Source: a virus. Taken from it: DNA of 64,000 nt. The DNA lies in IMG/VR virus record IMGVR_UViG_3300020463_002275, positions 32,001 through 96,000 of that record; one strand, written 5' to 3'. The position numbers and the translations under genes were made by a program. Shown here in pieces: positions 16,373 through 25,950 of the stretch (position 1 is its first letter; each line of letters opens with the position of its first letter). The notes under the pieces are model-generated. The model was not told where the DNA came from. It did no database searches and saw only the letters and a list, made by a program, of their open reading frames with translations.

Positions 16373-17781
16373 TTGATATCCTCAAAAATATCTTTCATTT
16401 CAGGAAAAGTTTCTGCGAAAGAAATACCACGTTGCTTGTCACATAAATCTAAAAATTCTTTCATTTCAGGCAAGCGTTGTGTCCAATCTTCGCTTTCCAT
16501 AAACTGTAACATACCGTTAAGTCTGCTTATTCCATAACTAGCATTACGCCATGTATCATAATCAACTTTTCCTTTGTGCCAACTAGGAACACCTTTTTCC
16601 CAGTTTTCTTCCCACCACGGGTACCATGCTTCATATTTTTCACGACATTTTTCTTTAAACCACTTTGGTAAAATTTTAACATTAAGATGTGGTGGATGAT
16701 AAACAAAGTGATAATTAATAGCACCTGCACCAAATGGCCACATGTTAATTTTTTTAAAATTTTGTTCTAGTTTCCATTGTATAAAGTCAGGTAAGTAGTA
16801 AATGTTTAAAGCCTGTACTGCACAAGCAACTGTAACTTCTGTATTATTAGGTGTTTCGTTATCTAAAATATGAAACACTTCTTCTTGACGTTTCCAATTA
16901 CTAGGATAACGTATATAATCGTTCATTTCCTTAATACTATCTATTGAATAATGAAAACGTACTAATTTAAATTCTTTCCACAAGTCAAATAAATCTTCAC
17001 GCCATTCAACTCCATTTGAATTATAGCGTAGTTCTAAATCTTTTGCATATCCCATTTTAATTGCATGTTCAAGTATTTCGTAGTGTTCTTCAATAATAAG
17101 GCTTTCGCCTCCTGCAAAATAAATTTGTTGCATACTTGGCATTTGTTCATAAAACTGATTCCAAAATACAGGATTTTGTTTATGCCAATTATAACTACTT
17201 CCATTAAAACTACCTTTGTCTTTCCATTGCATAGTTTCTTTAAGACTTTCATCTTGTACTGCTGGAAAAATCTTTTTATAATCTTTAATCCATCCTGATG
17301 AATCATGAGGTGAACACATAACACAAGCAAGTTGGCACTTAGTTCCAAAACGTAAATCAATATATGCTAACTGTGGAGGTACACTTCCATCTTCTTTTGT
17401 ATCTGCAACTATTTTATCAACATCAACACGCTGACTCCAATAGTGTGTTTCCCACATACGTTTTGAATTATGTCCTGCGGCTTCTTCTTTGTAACACTTG
17501 ATACAACTTGGAGGCATTTCTCCGTTAAGCATTTGTTTACGCACATTCTTCATATATGTACTATTCCATGCTGTTTCAAAATCACTAACATTTAAGTTAT
17601 TAGGTCTTCCATGCTCATCTTTGAGAATACCAACTTGTCCTCCGTGTTCTTTATCGTTTGTAGGACCAACTGAACTTGCATTTGCAGTACAGCATACTCG
17701 CATGCTACCGTCAGGTCTAGTACTTAAATGTACCCAAGGTAGTAAGCAGAATGTTTCTGATGGTGATTTAAAGTCTTTCAT
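16369..17781 (-). CDS. Radical SAM enzyme with N-terminal SPASM/twitch-like domain (paralog of 15029-16372)
   Basis: FCLLPW...PDGSMRVCC...SCIKC, then KCQLACVMC, AGGES, YNSNG, SIDS. Confidence 0.9.
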   Translation of the reverse strand: MKDFKSPSETFCLLPWVHLSTRPDGSMRVCCTANASSVGPTNDKEHGGQVGILKDEHGRPNNLNVSDFETAWNSTYMKNVRKQMLNGEMPPSCIKCYKEEAAGHNSKRMWETHYWSQRVDVDKIVADTKEDGSVPPQLAYIDLRFGTKCQLACVMCSPHDSSGWIKDYKKIFPAVQDESLKETMQWKDKGSFNGSSYNWHKQNPVFWNQFYEQMPSMQQIYFAGGESLIIEEHYEILEHAIKMGYAKDLELRYNSNGVEWREDLFDLWKEFKLVRFHYSIDSIKEMNDYIRYPSNWKRQEEVFHILDNETPNNTEVTVACAVQALNIYYLPDFIQWKLEQNFKKINMWPFGAGAINYHFVYHPPHLNVKILPKWFKEKCREKYEAWYPWWEENWEKGVPSWHKGKVDYDTWRNASYGISRLNGMLQFMESEDWTQRLPEMKEFLDLCDKQRGISFAETFPEMKDIFEDIK

Positions 17782-18824
17782 TATAAGTGTACATCTCTAA
17801 CTAATTGTTTGCATTTTCTTACACAAACAAAATATGTTTGTAAGTGATCGTCTATAAGTTTCCAATAACCACCTATTATATCTACTAAATTTGTGTGGTG
17901 TAGATTATGTAAATTTTTATCAACTTTGTGTGTTTCCCAAAGTTGTTCAATCTCGTTTGGATTACCCATCCAACAACAAGGCGTTACATATCCTCTTGCA
18001 TCAACATATATATTGCCAAACTTCTTGTGAAATTCAGTATCGCCACTATTTGTTTTTGCAGGACATTTTACACAACTTATTTCAGTATTTGATTTGTGTG
18101 TTTCTTTCTTATCCTTATCACCAAATTTAATATCTGATATTTCTACATCGTCAATCTTGTTTGCATCGCTAGTATCATACCAATCTGGTACTTCAAATTT
18201 TGTATCTCTTTCGTTGTCAATTTCATCTACTACTTCTCTATCACTATGAATCAACATTAGTTTTGAAAATCCTTCTCGATCTAACCTTTCCTTTACATCA
18301 TCTAATTGATGTTTATTGTGCGAGAATACAATAAATTGCCAAACAGCATCTCCTCCTGCGGCAATGTATGCTCTAAAATTACGCTGTAGTATTTCCCATT
18401 TTACATTTCGTCTATAAAGATGATTAGTATCTTCTAAACCGTCTATACCAAAAACTACAGTTAACTTACCCTTTTTTTTACTAATACGACCTAACTTGTG
18501 CCAAAACGCAACATCTCTTGTACCACCATTGGTGCTAATTGATATTTTTTTTGTTTGTATACTTAATGTATGTGCCCATTGTACTAGATCTATTAATTCT
18601 GGATTAATAGATGGTTCATCAACACTTCCACAAAAATGAATATCTGTCAATTGATCCCAATTGTACTTACTAAACCATTTCTTGTAATTTTCTAACGTAT
18701 GTGCGGCATTATTAAGATCGCTTAAATGCATATCGGCTCTGTCGCATTGCGGACATGCCGCATTGCAATAATTTGTACATTCTAGTTGCAATCTACCAAC
18801 TTGTGTTGTATTAAACCATTCCAT
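17781..18824 (-). CDS. Radical SAM enzyme with C-terminal SPASM-like domain
   Basis: CNAACPQC, STNGG, FGIDG...YRR; C-terminal YVDARGYVTPCCW...CVRKC. Confidence 0.9.
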   Translation of the reverse strand: MEWFNTTQVGRLQLECTNYCNAACPQCDRADMHLSDLNNAAHTLENYKKWFSKYNWDQLTDIHFCGSVDEPSINPELIDLVQWAHTLSIQTKKISISTNGGTRDVAFWHKLGRISKKKGKLTVVFGIDGLEDTNHLYRRNVKWEILQRNFRAYIAAGGDAVWQFIVFSHNKHQLDDVKERLDREGFSKLMLIHSDREVVDEIDNERDTKFEVPDWYDTSDANKIDDVEISDIKFGDKDKKETHKSNTEISCVKCPAKTNSGDTEFHKKFGNIYVDARGYVTPCCWMGNPNEIEQLWETHKVDKNLHNLHHTNLVDIIGGYWKLIDDHLQTYFVCVRKCKQLVRDVHL

Positions 18825-18835
18825 GATATACGTAC

Positions 18836-19924
18836 TTATCTGAACTGTTCACCGTAAGGATCGAACTCGGTGCCACACTTTTGAGAACAAACTCCAAGTT
18901 TACCATCTGCAACACTAGACTTATTCCAACTATTTGTTATGCTTCCGATTAGTTGTCCATTAACTACATCTTCTATATCATTTTCTATAATACTAATTCC
19001 TTGTTTTCCGCCAGCACTATCTATATGATCCCATATTTGTTCAACTTTAGGATCTGCATGCCACCACTTGTACATTCTTCCTGCTGTCCAACAACACGGC
19101 ATTAACAATCCCTCTGCTGTAACAAATATACTACCTTGCTTCGCAACTTTACATTTTATAGAACATTTGTCTAAATATTCTTTCATACTTCCATATGACT
19201 TTACTATTTCTGCTTGTTTTAACAATGCTAAATTTTTATTTTTTTCTTCTTTTGGTTGTTGCAGTTTTTGTGTTTCAGCACCTTTTCTGTTTACCGCTTG
19301 GTGATGATATTTAGGTTTTATATCAGTAGTTACAAATCTACCACTTTTCTTTTTAATAAATTTTTCACACCCCCATTGATTAGCAAGTGCTTCTGCTTCA
19401 TCTACTTGATGTTCGTTATGCTGAAATATTAAGAAATCCCAACGTGCTCTGCCTCCAGCATCAATAAATGCTTGCATGTTTCTTTCTACATTATCCCATA
19501 CAACATTTTGTCTGTATAGATGATTTGTATCACGCAATCCATCAACACTAAAAATAACAGCACCCTTTCTTCCTATTACTTCTGCTAATTTTGCCCACCA
19601 ATAGATATCTTTGGCGCCAGCATTAGTATTCATACTAAGCCACATATTAGAATTATGTTCTCTAAAATATTGAAATATTTCTAATGTATCTTTTGCAACT
19701 ATAGGATCTCCTAAGTTACCGCACATATACATAACATTCAATTGCTTGATAAATGAAGGACTAAACATACGCTTGGTATCTTCAATACTTAATTCAGCAT
19801 TTGTTATGTGAGGATTGTCAGCACCGCCATTCATATTACGATCACACATAGGACAAGCCGCCTGGCAACGTTGAGTCACCTCTAAATGAACTTCCTTAAT
19901 ATCTGCGAATCTATACATTCTCAT
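18836..19924 (-). CDS. Radical SAM enzyme with C-terminal SPASM-like domain (paralog of 17781-18824)
   Basis: CQAACPMC, CGNLGDP, NTNAG, FSVDG...YRQ; C-terminal FVTAEGLLMPCCW...CSQKC. Confidence 0.9.
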   Translation of the reverse strand: MRMYRFADIKEVHLEVTQRCQAACPMCDRNMNGGADNPHITNAELSIEDTKRMFSPSFIKQLNVMYMCGNLGDPIVAKDTLEIFQYFREHNSNMWLSMNTNAGAKDIYWWAKLAEVIGRKGAVIFSVDGLRDTNHLYRQNVVWDNVERNMQAFIDAGGRARWDFLIFQHNEHQVDEAEALANQWGCEKFIKKKSGRFVTTDIKPKYHHQAVNRKGAETQKLQQPKEEKNKNLALLKQAEIVKSYGSMKEYLDKCSIKCKVAKQGSIFVTAEGLLMPCCWTAGRMYKWWHADPKVEQIWDHIDSAGGKQGISIIENDIEDVVNGQLIGSITNSWNKSSVADGKLGVCSQKCGTEFDPYGEQFR

Positions 19925-20480
19925 TTTGTTTTAACAATTCACTTAACAAATGTGCTTTAAGTAGCACCGCTTGGCTATAACTTTTGTGTGAGATATTTAA
20001 AAAATTATTGTCTACTTTAAACGAATCAGCATCTATAAGTTTTATTTGACCGTCTGATGTAAAAACGATATTTGATAAGTTAATGTCGTCATGGAAAAAA
20101 TATTGACCTTTAGGAAGATGTTTTTCACTAAACTCAAGACAATCAAAATATACACGGTTGTAAAATTTTACAATCTTAAGAGCATTTTCTAATGTAGACA
20201 TTTTGTGCAATCTGTCGTACTCATCTGCTTCATCTAGTACATCGTATCCATCACAAACAATATCAAGACGTTCCATTTTATAAATATCTCTTGTTTTCCA
20301 TTCAATCGGCTTTACAACATAACTGTGATCTTTTGAAAATAGTACATATAAGTTGTAATATTCCTCTTCCCATCCCCTTTGACCAACTTTTATTATTTTT
20401 GTAGCATTTTTCTCTTGAAGTTTTATCGTAGCATTGTTTCTTTTAATTATTTTTGCGTTATAAAAATTTTTATCCATCAT
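19911..20480 (-). CDS. Protein-kinase-like (PKL) fold small-molecule/protein kinase
   Basis: Catalytic-loop-like HDDINLSNIV and Mg-binding-like KLIDAD; N-terminal IIKVG lysine. Confidence 0.6.
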   Translation of the reverse strand: MMDKNFYNAKIIKRNNATIKLQEKNATKIIKVGQRGWEEEYYNLYVLFSKDHSYVVKPIEWKTRDIYKMERLDIVCDGYDVLDEADEYDRLHKMSTLENALKIVKFYNRVYFDCLEFSEKHLPKGQYFFHDDINLSNIVFTSDGQIKLIDADSFKVDNNFLNISHKSYSQAVLLKAHLLSELLKQNENV

Positions 20481-20694
20481 ATACCAACTTTACTTCTTTA
20501 CCAGGACCTACACGACTTGGTAAATCTCCATACTGTTCAATATACCATTCAATAACAGCCACATACCAATTTTGACTGTTGTGATGTGCTTGCTTGTTGA
20601 ACTTATAAATGTTATTATTAGTTGCTTCCATACAACTCAAGGCTCTAGCACTTTCAGTTTGTAATTGTCTAAGTGTTAATTTATTTGCGTCCAA
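20470..20694 (-). CDS. Hypothetical protein, 74 aa
   Basis: Co-oriented ORF that fills the gap and overlaps both neighbours; TTG start. Confidence 0.6.
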   Translation of the reverse strand: MDANKLTLRQLQTESARALSCMEATNNNIYKFNKQAHHNSQNWYVAVIEWYIEQYGDLPSRVGPGKEVKLVYDG

Positions 20695-23600
20695 TTTTCA
20701 TATACCTTGTGTATTGCCCTAAGTCAAGTTCTCCTTCATATAAAACTGTTTGCATAGGCGCACTTGCACTAAACTCTTGTAAACTGCTAGAGCAATTAAC
20801 ATGTTCTTCAATGCTAAAATAGTTATTACTTTGTAATATGATTAATCTTCCTTCGGGCAATAAATCATACCATTTAGAAAAATTATCAATATGCTCACAA
20901 CTTGTATTAATAATAGTGTGTGGCATTTCCGTCAACGGAGCAGTTGTTCCGTCAAGTCTTTCAGTTGTATAACTATGTTCAACGTAATCTATATCCATTA
21001 TATCTTGTGTTGTTGCTTTAAATTTCCATGTATCACTTACCAAGTCTGCATTGAATATTTCTGCTATTTTCCATGCTTTAGAATCTAAATCAAAACTTCT
21101 AATTTTCTCAAAATCTATTTTGTGTTCCTGTAACATCGGAACAACACTACTATACCAACCAGCACATAAAAATACTGTTCCTAAATCAGGACAAACTTTT
21201 TTTACTTCTTCCACTAACCACTTTTTACTTTTTAACTGACCTCTGCTCATTACGTCTTTATCATATTTAATATTTTGCTTATCAAGTACTTCTAATGGTT
21301 TAACATATAAACTACCTGTATATTTTTCTAATACACGCCATAATGCATGCCTATTATTATCCATAGTAAGATTGACTTCGTCAGTAACACTAGGTTCTAA
21401 TCTTTTAATACTCCAAATATTTTTAAATAGTCCTGCTTTCTTTATATCTTCTACTAATGTATCTTTGCCTTCGATTAATCTAAACAAACTCATTTCATTT
21501 GATTCGACTAATGCTTTTCTTAAATCTTCTGTGGTATCACTATTGTCTATAAGTCTAAACAAACTATGAACATTTTTTTCTGTAACTGCTTTACGTAAAT
21601 CTTCGTATTCATCTCCTAGTAATCTAAAAAGGCTATGTATGTTTTTTTCTGTAACTGCTTTACGTAAATCTTCATGATTGTCTCCAAGCAATCTAAATAG
21701 ACTATGAAGATTTTCTTCAACTACAGTCTTTCGTAGATCTTCATGTTCATCGCCAACTAGCCTAAACAAACTGTGTACATTATCTTCAGTAATTGCTTTA
21801 CGTAACTCTTCATGATCTTTACCTAATAATCTAAACAAACTATGCACATTTTTTTCAATATACATTTTTCTTATATCTTCAATACCTTCAATACCTTTAT
21901 CTTCTAGATATCTAAATAAACTATGGTAATTTCTTTCTTCTACAAATTTACGTAAATCTTCATTTCCGGTTATACGAAGAATGTCTAACATATGTCCATC
22001 ATTATAAAATCTTCTTAGATTAGTTACTTTATCACCGTACAGTATTTCAAATCTATCTAGCAAATCTACAATAAAATTATCTCTAGGCGGTAATGGGTCG
22101 TCTTCTTTAAAAGGTATTGTTTGTTTCCATTCAGTATCTGCTTGTATTTCTGTAAGTTCTATTTTAACAGGTTGTGTGTTAGATGTAGTTTCTTTATCAT
22201 TATACATCTGTTGCCATTCTTCTGTTGTATCTGTAGTTTCAGTAAACTGTTCATACAACCAATTGAAGTCATTTATTAACCTAAGATCAGACCCACTAGA
22301 AAGGCCAAACTCCATACCAGCGGTAGCACCTGCCAAAGCAAACTCCCCAAATGGTCTATCGCGTCCCACGGTTGTCCAAGTTTTAAGTCTTTCATTTGTT
22401 TCGTCCTCCTTTTGTCTATCAATTACTTTACTGCTTAGTTTTGCACATTCTCTAAATGCACTACGCCAAGTACTAAACTCGCTTGAATTAAATGCAGTTA
22501 TGCAAGATATTTTTTCCATTTTTTTAAATCTATCACTAATACTTGTAGTCATATCAGGACGACTAGTATCCATATCACGAGTCATTTGTGTTGGAAATAA
22601 TTTTACACCGCCATATCCGTATACTAAATCATTTATAGGATTTTGACTACGCCATACGTGTACTGCTCTGTTATCTTCAGCAATATAATCAAAGTTAAAA
22701 TCATCTGCAATTACAGCATCACCATCTACAATCCAAAACATTTCAGTCGAACAAACGTTTGCCGCGGCAATATGTGCTTGATGTATTCCTTTTACTCCAT
22801 GTATACGTTGGGCTCTTGGAAAACGTGTTTTTAACTTATTAAAGTTTTCGTCGGCGTTTGCTTCGTCATAAGATATCATTACAATATCATATTCAGTTTT
22901 TTTAGTAGGAACAAAGTTAGACGAAAAAGTGTTAAATTGCGTTGTATTTGTACGTATATAAGGATGTTCAGGTCTTGGTGGGTTGCGGTATGTATTTTTA
23001 AAAAACTTGCTCTGTTGAGCATCTAAGGGCGTTACAGCAATAGGTAATTCTATATCTGCAAGTATACGTTCACCGTAATCTTCAATTGCTTCTAGTAAGT
23101 CACTTTCGTCTTGCACTTTATTTTTCCAAAGATCATTTAAGTATTCAAAGTCGCGTACATTAATATACTCCCAATCAGTACACATTGTTTTGTGCAATCC
23201 TTCTCTGGCTCCATAAATTGCCCATAATCCGTTAGTTACATCTGCGCCTGCCATACACCAGACATATAGTCTTTCCAAATTTTTCCAATGATTTCCTATG
23301 AGTTCTTTTTTTGCAGGTTTGATACCTTCAATTAAACACATTTTTACACCTTCTCGGAAACCGGCACGCCATGCTTGGTGTGGTGTAGCATTATTATGAA
23401 CAGTACTCATTAAACTATTAATTTGTATGTACTCAAGGTCCCAACAAAAATCAATACCTGCCGCTATATTATCAGGATCTGCATTTTCGTGTGTTTTCAT
23501 TTTTAGGACAGTTTCTCTATCCCAACACTTTATACCACCATTTCCGTAACGCAGTCCGTTAATAATATTATCAGCAGTCCAACTAACAACGTGTCTAGTA

Positions 23601-23857
23601 AGATCAACACCTTCTTGAAAGTTAATCACTTCGTTCAAGAATTGTTCATCTATTTGATTATCACCATCGATGGTAATAAATCTTTTTGTTTTGGCTATTT
23701 CTGCACAGGCTTTGTGAGCGGCATCTGATCCTTCTACACCGTGTATACGTTTAGCCCACGGAACTTTAGTTAATAAGTTCGTGTAATTTTCTTCTGCATT
23801 TGGCTCGTCATATGACAAATATATGATATCATAATCTAAAACTTTAAATTGCTTCAT
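20681..23857 (-). CDS. Multidomain protein: two tandem GT-A glycosyltransferase-like domains + helical repeats + class I SAM-methyltransferase-like domain
   Basis: Duplicated unit D(I)x(L/I)SYDE...IHGV(E/K)G...AH...(I/V)DGD...YG(N/Y)GG(I/V)K...WR(A/S)(G/A)FRE..K; 23-aa repeats; C-terminal VFLCAGWY...RSFDLD...QDI...INTSCEH. Confidence 0.7.
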   Translation of the reverse strand: MKQFKVLDYDIIYLSYDEPNAEENYTNLLTKVPWAKRIHGVEGSDAAHKACAEIAKTKRFITIDGDNQIDEQFLNEVINFQEGVDLTRHVVSWTADNIINGLRYGNGGIKCWDRETVLKMKTHENADPDNIAAGIDFCWDLEYIQINSLMSTVHNNATPHQAWRAGFREGVKMCLIEGIKPAKKELIGNHWKNLERLYVWCMAGADVTNGLWAIYGAREGLHKTMCTDWEYINVRDFEYLNDLWKNKVQDESDLLEAIEDYGERILADIELPIAVTPLDAQQSKFFKNTYRNPPRPEHPYIRTNTTQFNTFSSNFVPTKKTEYDIVMISYDEANADENFNKLKTRFPRAQRIHGVKGIHQAHIAAANVCSTEMFWIVDGDAVIADDFNFDYIAEDNRAVHVWRSQNPINDLVYGYGGVKLFPTQMTRDMDTSRPDMTTSISDRFKKMEKISCITAFNSSEFSTWRSAFRECAKLSSKVIDRQKEDETNERLKTWTTVGRDRPFGEFALAGATAGMEFGLSSGSDLRLINDFNWLYEQFTETTDTTEEWQQMYNDKETTSNTQPVKIELTEIQADTEWKQTIPFKEDDPLPPRDNFIVDLLDRFEILYGDKVTNLRRFYNDGHMLDILRITGNEDLRKFVEERNYHSLFRYLEDKGIEGIEDIRKMYIEKNVHSLFRLLGKDHEELRKAITEDNVHSLFRLVGDEHEDLRKTVVEENLHSLFRLLGDNHEDLRKAVTEKNIHSLFRLLGDEYEDLRKAVTEKNVHSLFRLIDNSDTTEDLRKALVESNEMSLFRLIEGKDTLVEDIKKAGLFKNIWSIKRLEPSVTDEVNLTMDNNRHALWRVLEKYTGSLYVKPLEVLDKQNIKYDKDVMSRGQLKSKKWLVEEVKKVCPDLGTVFLCAGWYSSVVPMLQEHKIDFEKIRSFDLDSKAWKIAEIFNADLVSDTWKFKATTQDIMDIDYVEHSYTTERLDGTTAPLTEMPHTIINTSCEHIDNFSKWYDLLPEGRLIILQSNNYFSIEEHVNCSSSLQEFSASAPMQTVLYEGELDLGQYTRYMKIGRK
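21330..21965 (-). repeat. In-frame ~69-bp (23-aa) tandem repeat, about 7 clear and 2 degenerate copies
   Basis: TACGTAAAT recurs at 21592 and 21661 (69 nt apart); protein consensus EDLRKAVTEKNVHSLFRLLGDE. Confidence 0.9.
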
Positions 23858-24371
23858 CTACATATCCATAAGTGTTAAATATCTTTGGTGTGTATATACT
23901 TACATCACCTTCTTCGTCATCATATTCGAACTGAACTGTATGTCCGTTTGCTATTTGTTCTACTGTAGCGTCAAATGTTCTAATTAATAAATGCGGATCA
24001 TTTGCTTTTGTAATACTAAACTTGCACACTTGATTAGGATTTAACAAAAGGTTTTCTTTTACGTTTACAAACAATTTCCAATTACGCCATTTTATATTTC
24101 TTGTGATTATACAATCTGCATTGTCTTGTTTAGGAATATGATAAATTACATCTTTTATATCATAACTAAATTTTGGCTGTTCGTATTCTAATAATGTATA
24201 TTCTTTTTTTGCCAAATCAAACTTTACAACATAATTTTGTTTTTTGTCTGGGTTTTCCATAAAGTCAACATATAAGTCTTCGTCTACTTCTAAAGCATAT
24301 TCATGATCAGGAGTATAGTTTTGTAAACCTGTTACTTTACTTGTATCTTTATCAAATATTAACCAGTACAT
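23844..24371 (-). CDS. Hypothetical protein, 175 aa
   Basis: Co-oriented ORF overlapping both neighbours; no motif recognised. Confidence 0.7.
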   Translation of the reverse strand: MYWLIFDKDTSKVTGLQNYTPDHEYALEVDEDLYVDFMENPDKKQNYVVKFDLAKKEYTLLEYEQPKFSYDIKDVIYHIPKQDNADCIITRNIKWRNWKLFVNVKENLLLNPNQVCKFSITKANDPHLLIRTFDATVEQIANGHTVQFEYDDEEGDVSIYTPKIFNTYGYVDEAI

Positions 24372-25165
24372 TGTTCATACCTTGCTAAAATTTTATTACA
24401 AAAATCTTTTTCTGTATAATGAAATACTCCGTGTTGTCGGTGGTTGCCAATTTTCAAACCATCATTAAAATACCAATCAACTTTTTGTTGCCAATGCTCA
24501 CTGGTATCTACCCAATTTTGAGCATGTAATTTCATATGTACAAAATCTATTATGTCTACGTCTTGAAAATTATCATATTCCATAAGTTCTAATACTATGG
24601 CCGCACAAACATCAATACTACAATGTTTAGGTTTATGATTTTTACAGAATATTTCATAAAAATCTTCCCAATTTTCTATTACAGTTTCTAGTAGTGCAAA
24701 AAAGTTTGCAACACGTTTTGTTTTTTTAAAGTAATACAATCCTGTATACACATTTATTAGGTAATTTTGTGAAAAGACTTTTCTGTAATAGGTATCATTA
24801 ATAGGTTCTTGTCTATATGTAATAGGATTTTGTGTAAAATATAGTTCTTGATCTTTAAACTTAGACCAATTAATTTTTTCTAAAAACAAAACATCGCTGT
24901 CAACAACTATTGTTTCGTCATATGGCGAAAGGTTAAAGGCTTTCCATCTGTTTTCTATTTTCCATTCACTACTTTTTGCTTGATCATGTTTTAACACAAT
25001 AACTTTGTCGAATACAAAAGCAGTTTTTTGGTCAACTTCTTTGTCTGTTACTAAAGTAAAATGCATATTATTATTTTTCATACCGCTCATTGCACATAGG
25101 TATGCTTGTTTTACATAATCATCTGTAGAATTATTTTGTGCAAATATCAAAACACCTTGTTTCAT
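24359..25165 (-). CDS. Nucleotide-diphospho-sugar transferase-like (GT-A) protein
   Basis: GVLIFAQN...DYVKQA...LVTD...FDKVI...LSPYDETIVVDSD (DxD). Confidence 0.6.
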   Translation of the reverse strand: MKQGVLIFAQNNSTDDYVKQAYLCAMSGMKNNNMHFTLVTDKEVDQKTAFVFDKVIVLKHDQAKSSEWKIENRWKAFNLSPYDETIVVDSDVLFLEKINWSKFKDQELYFTQNPITYRQEPINDTYYRKVFSQNYLINVYTGLYYFKKTKRVANFFALLETVIENWEDFYEIFCKNHKPKHCSIDVCAAIVLELMEYDNFQDVDIIDFVHMKLHAQNWVDTSEHWQQKVDWYFNDGLKIGNHRQHGVFHYTEKDFCNKILARYEQCTG

Positions 25166-25950
25166 AGTATTTCCTCTAGACTGTACTTGTTCATAGCATG
25201 TACTGTAAGTCCTTTTGTAGCAATCGGATTATCATCAATAAAAAACATAAGTTTATCTTCATTTATTTCGTGTGTAATATCTTTATCAATAGTATAAAAA
25301 AGTTTTCCTGGCATAGGATTAACAAAATTACCTTTAGAATGATTGTTCATTATATGAGCACCAATACTAAAAGCAAAATCGTTTCTATATGTTTGCTGTA
25401 CTATTTGATATAACATTCTATAGTGGCGCCATTGCTCTTCAATATGCTGTAATAAATCAAAAAATATTTTGTTTTGTTTACATTTTACAAAATACACACA
25501 AGTTGCCCAATAAAAGTCTACACTTGAATCGCTTATTTTATCAAATTGACGATAATCTAAATTTTGTCCCAGATGATATGCATCTTTATACATTAGTAAA
25601 GGATGTGTTTGCTTAAAGCAATTTTTATAAACGTCATCACATATGATTATGTCACTATCTATCATAAGTGTCTGATCATATGGAGACAATTCATAACTTA
25701 AAACCCTTGCATTATTTTTAAATGTTAAATGTTTGCCACTATTACCATTGTTATATAATTTGCTTGTATATCTTTGTGGTGTTTTGAAATCAATTACTTT
25801 ATCAAAAACATTATCTGGAACTTTACAGTCAGTAATTACACTTGTTGGTAAATTAAGATACTTCTTTGCACGTTCTGCAACCATACATGCTTGCTTGACG
25901 TAATCTATTTCTTCATTATTAAATGCATGTACTAGTATACCTTTAGACAT
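25162..25950 (-). CDS. Nucleotide-diphospho-sugar transferase-like (GT-A) protein, paralog of 24359-25165
   Basis: GILVHAFN...DYVKQA...VITD...FDKVI...LSPYDQTLMIDSD. Start set at ATG 25950, which overlaps the upstream gene end. Confidence 0.6.
   Translation of the reverse strand: MSKGILVHAFNNEEIDYVKQACMVAERAKKYLNLPTSVITDCKVPDNVFDKVIDFKTPQRYTSKLYNNGNSGKHLTFKNNARVLSYELSPYDQTLMIDSDIIICDDVYKNCFKQTHPLLMYKDAYHLGQNLDYRQFDKISDSSVDFYWATCVYFVKCKQNKIFFDLLQHIEEQWRHYRMLYQIVQQTYRNDFAFSIGAHIMNNHSKGNFVNPMPGKLFYTIDKDITHEINEDKLMFFIDDNPIATKGLTVHAMNKYSLEEIL

Noticed and set aside
20470-20694. 74-aa ORF as a definite RiPP precursor for the SPASM enzymes
   Set aside because: No recognisable leader motif or Cys-rich core and no RRE, protease or transporter seen; retained only as a low-weight possibility.
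21330-21965. 69-bp periodic repeat as a CRISPR array
   Set aside because: It lies in frame within a long ORF, varies mainly at synonymous or conservative positions, and has no repeat-spacer alternation or cas genes.
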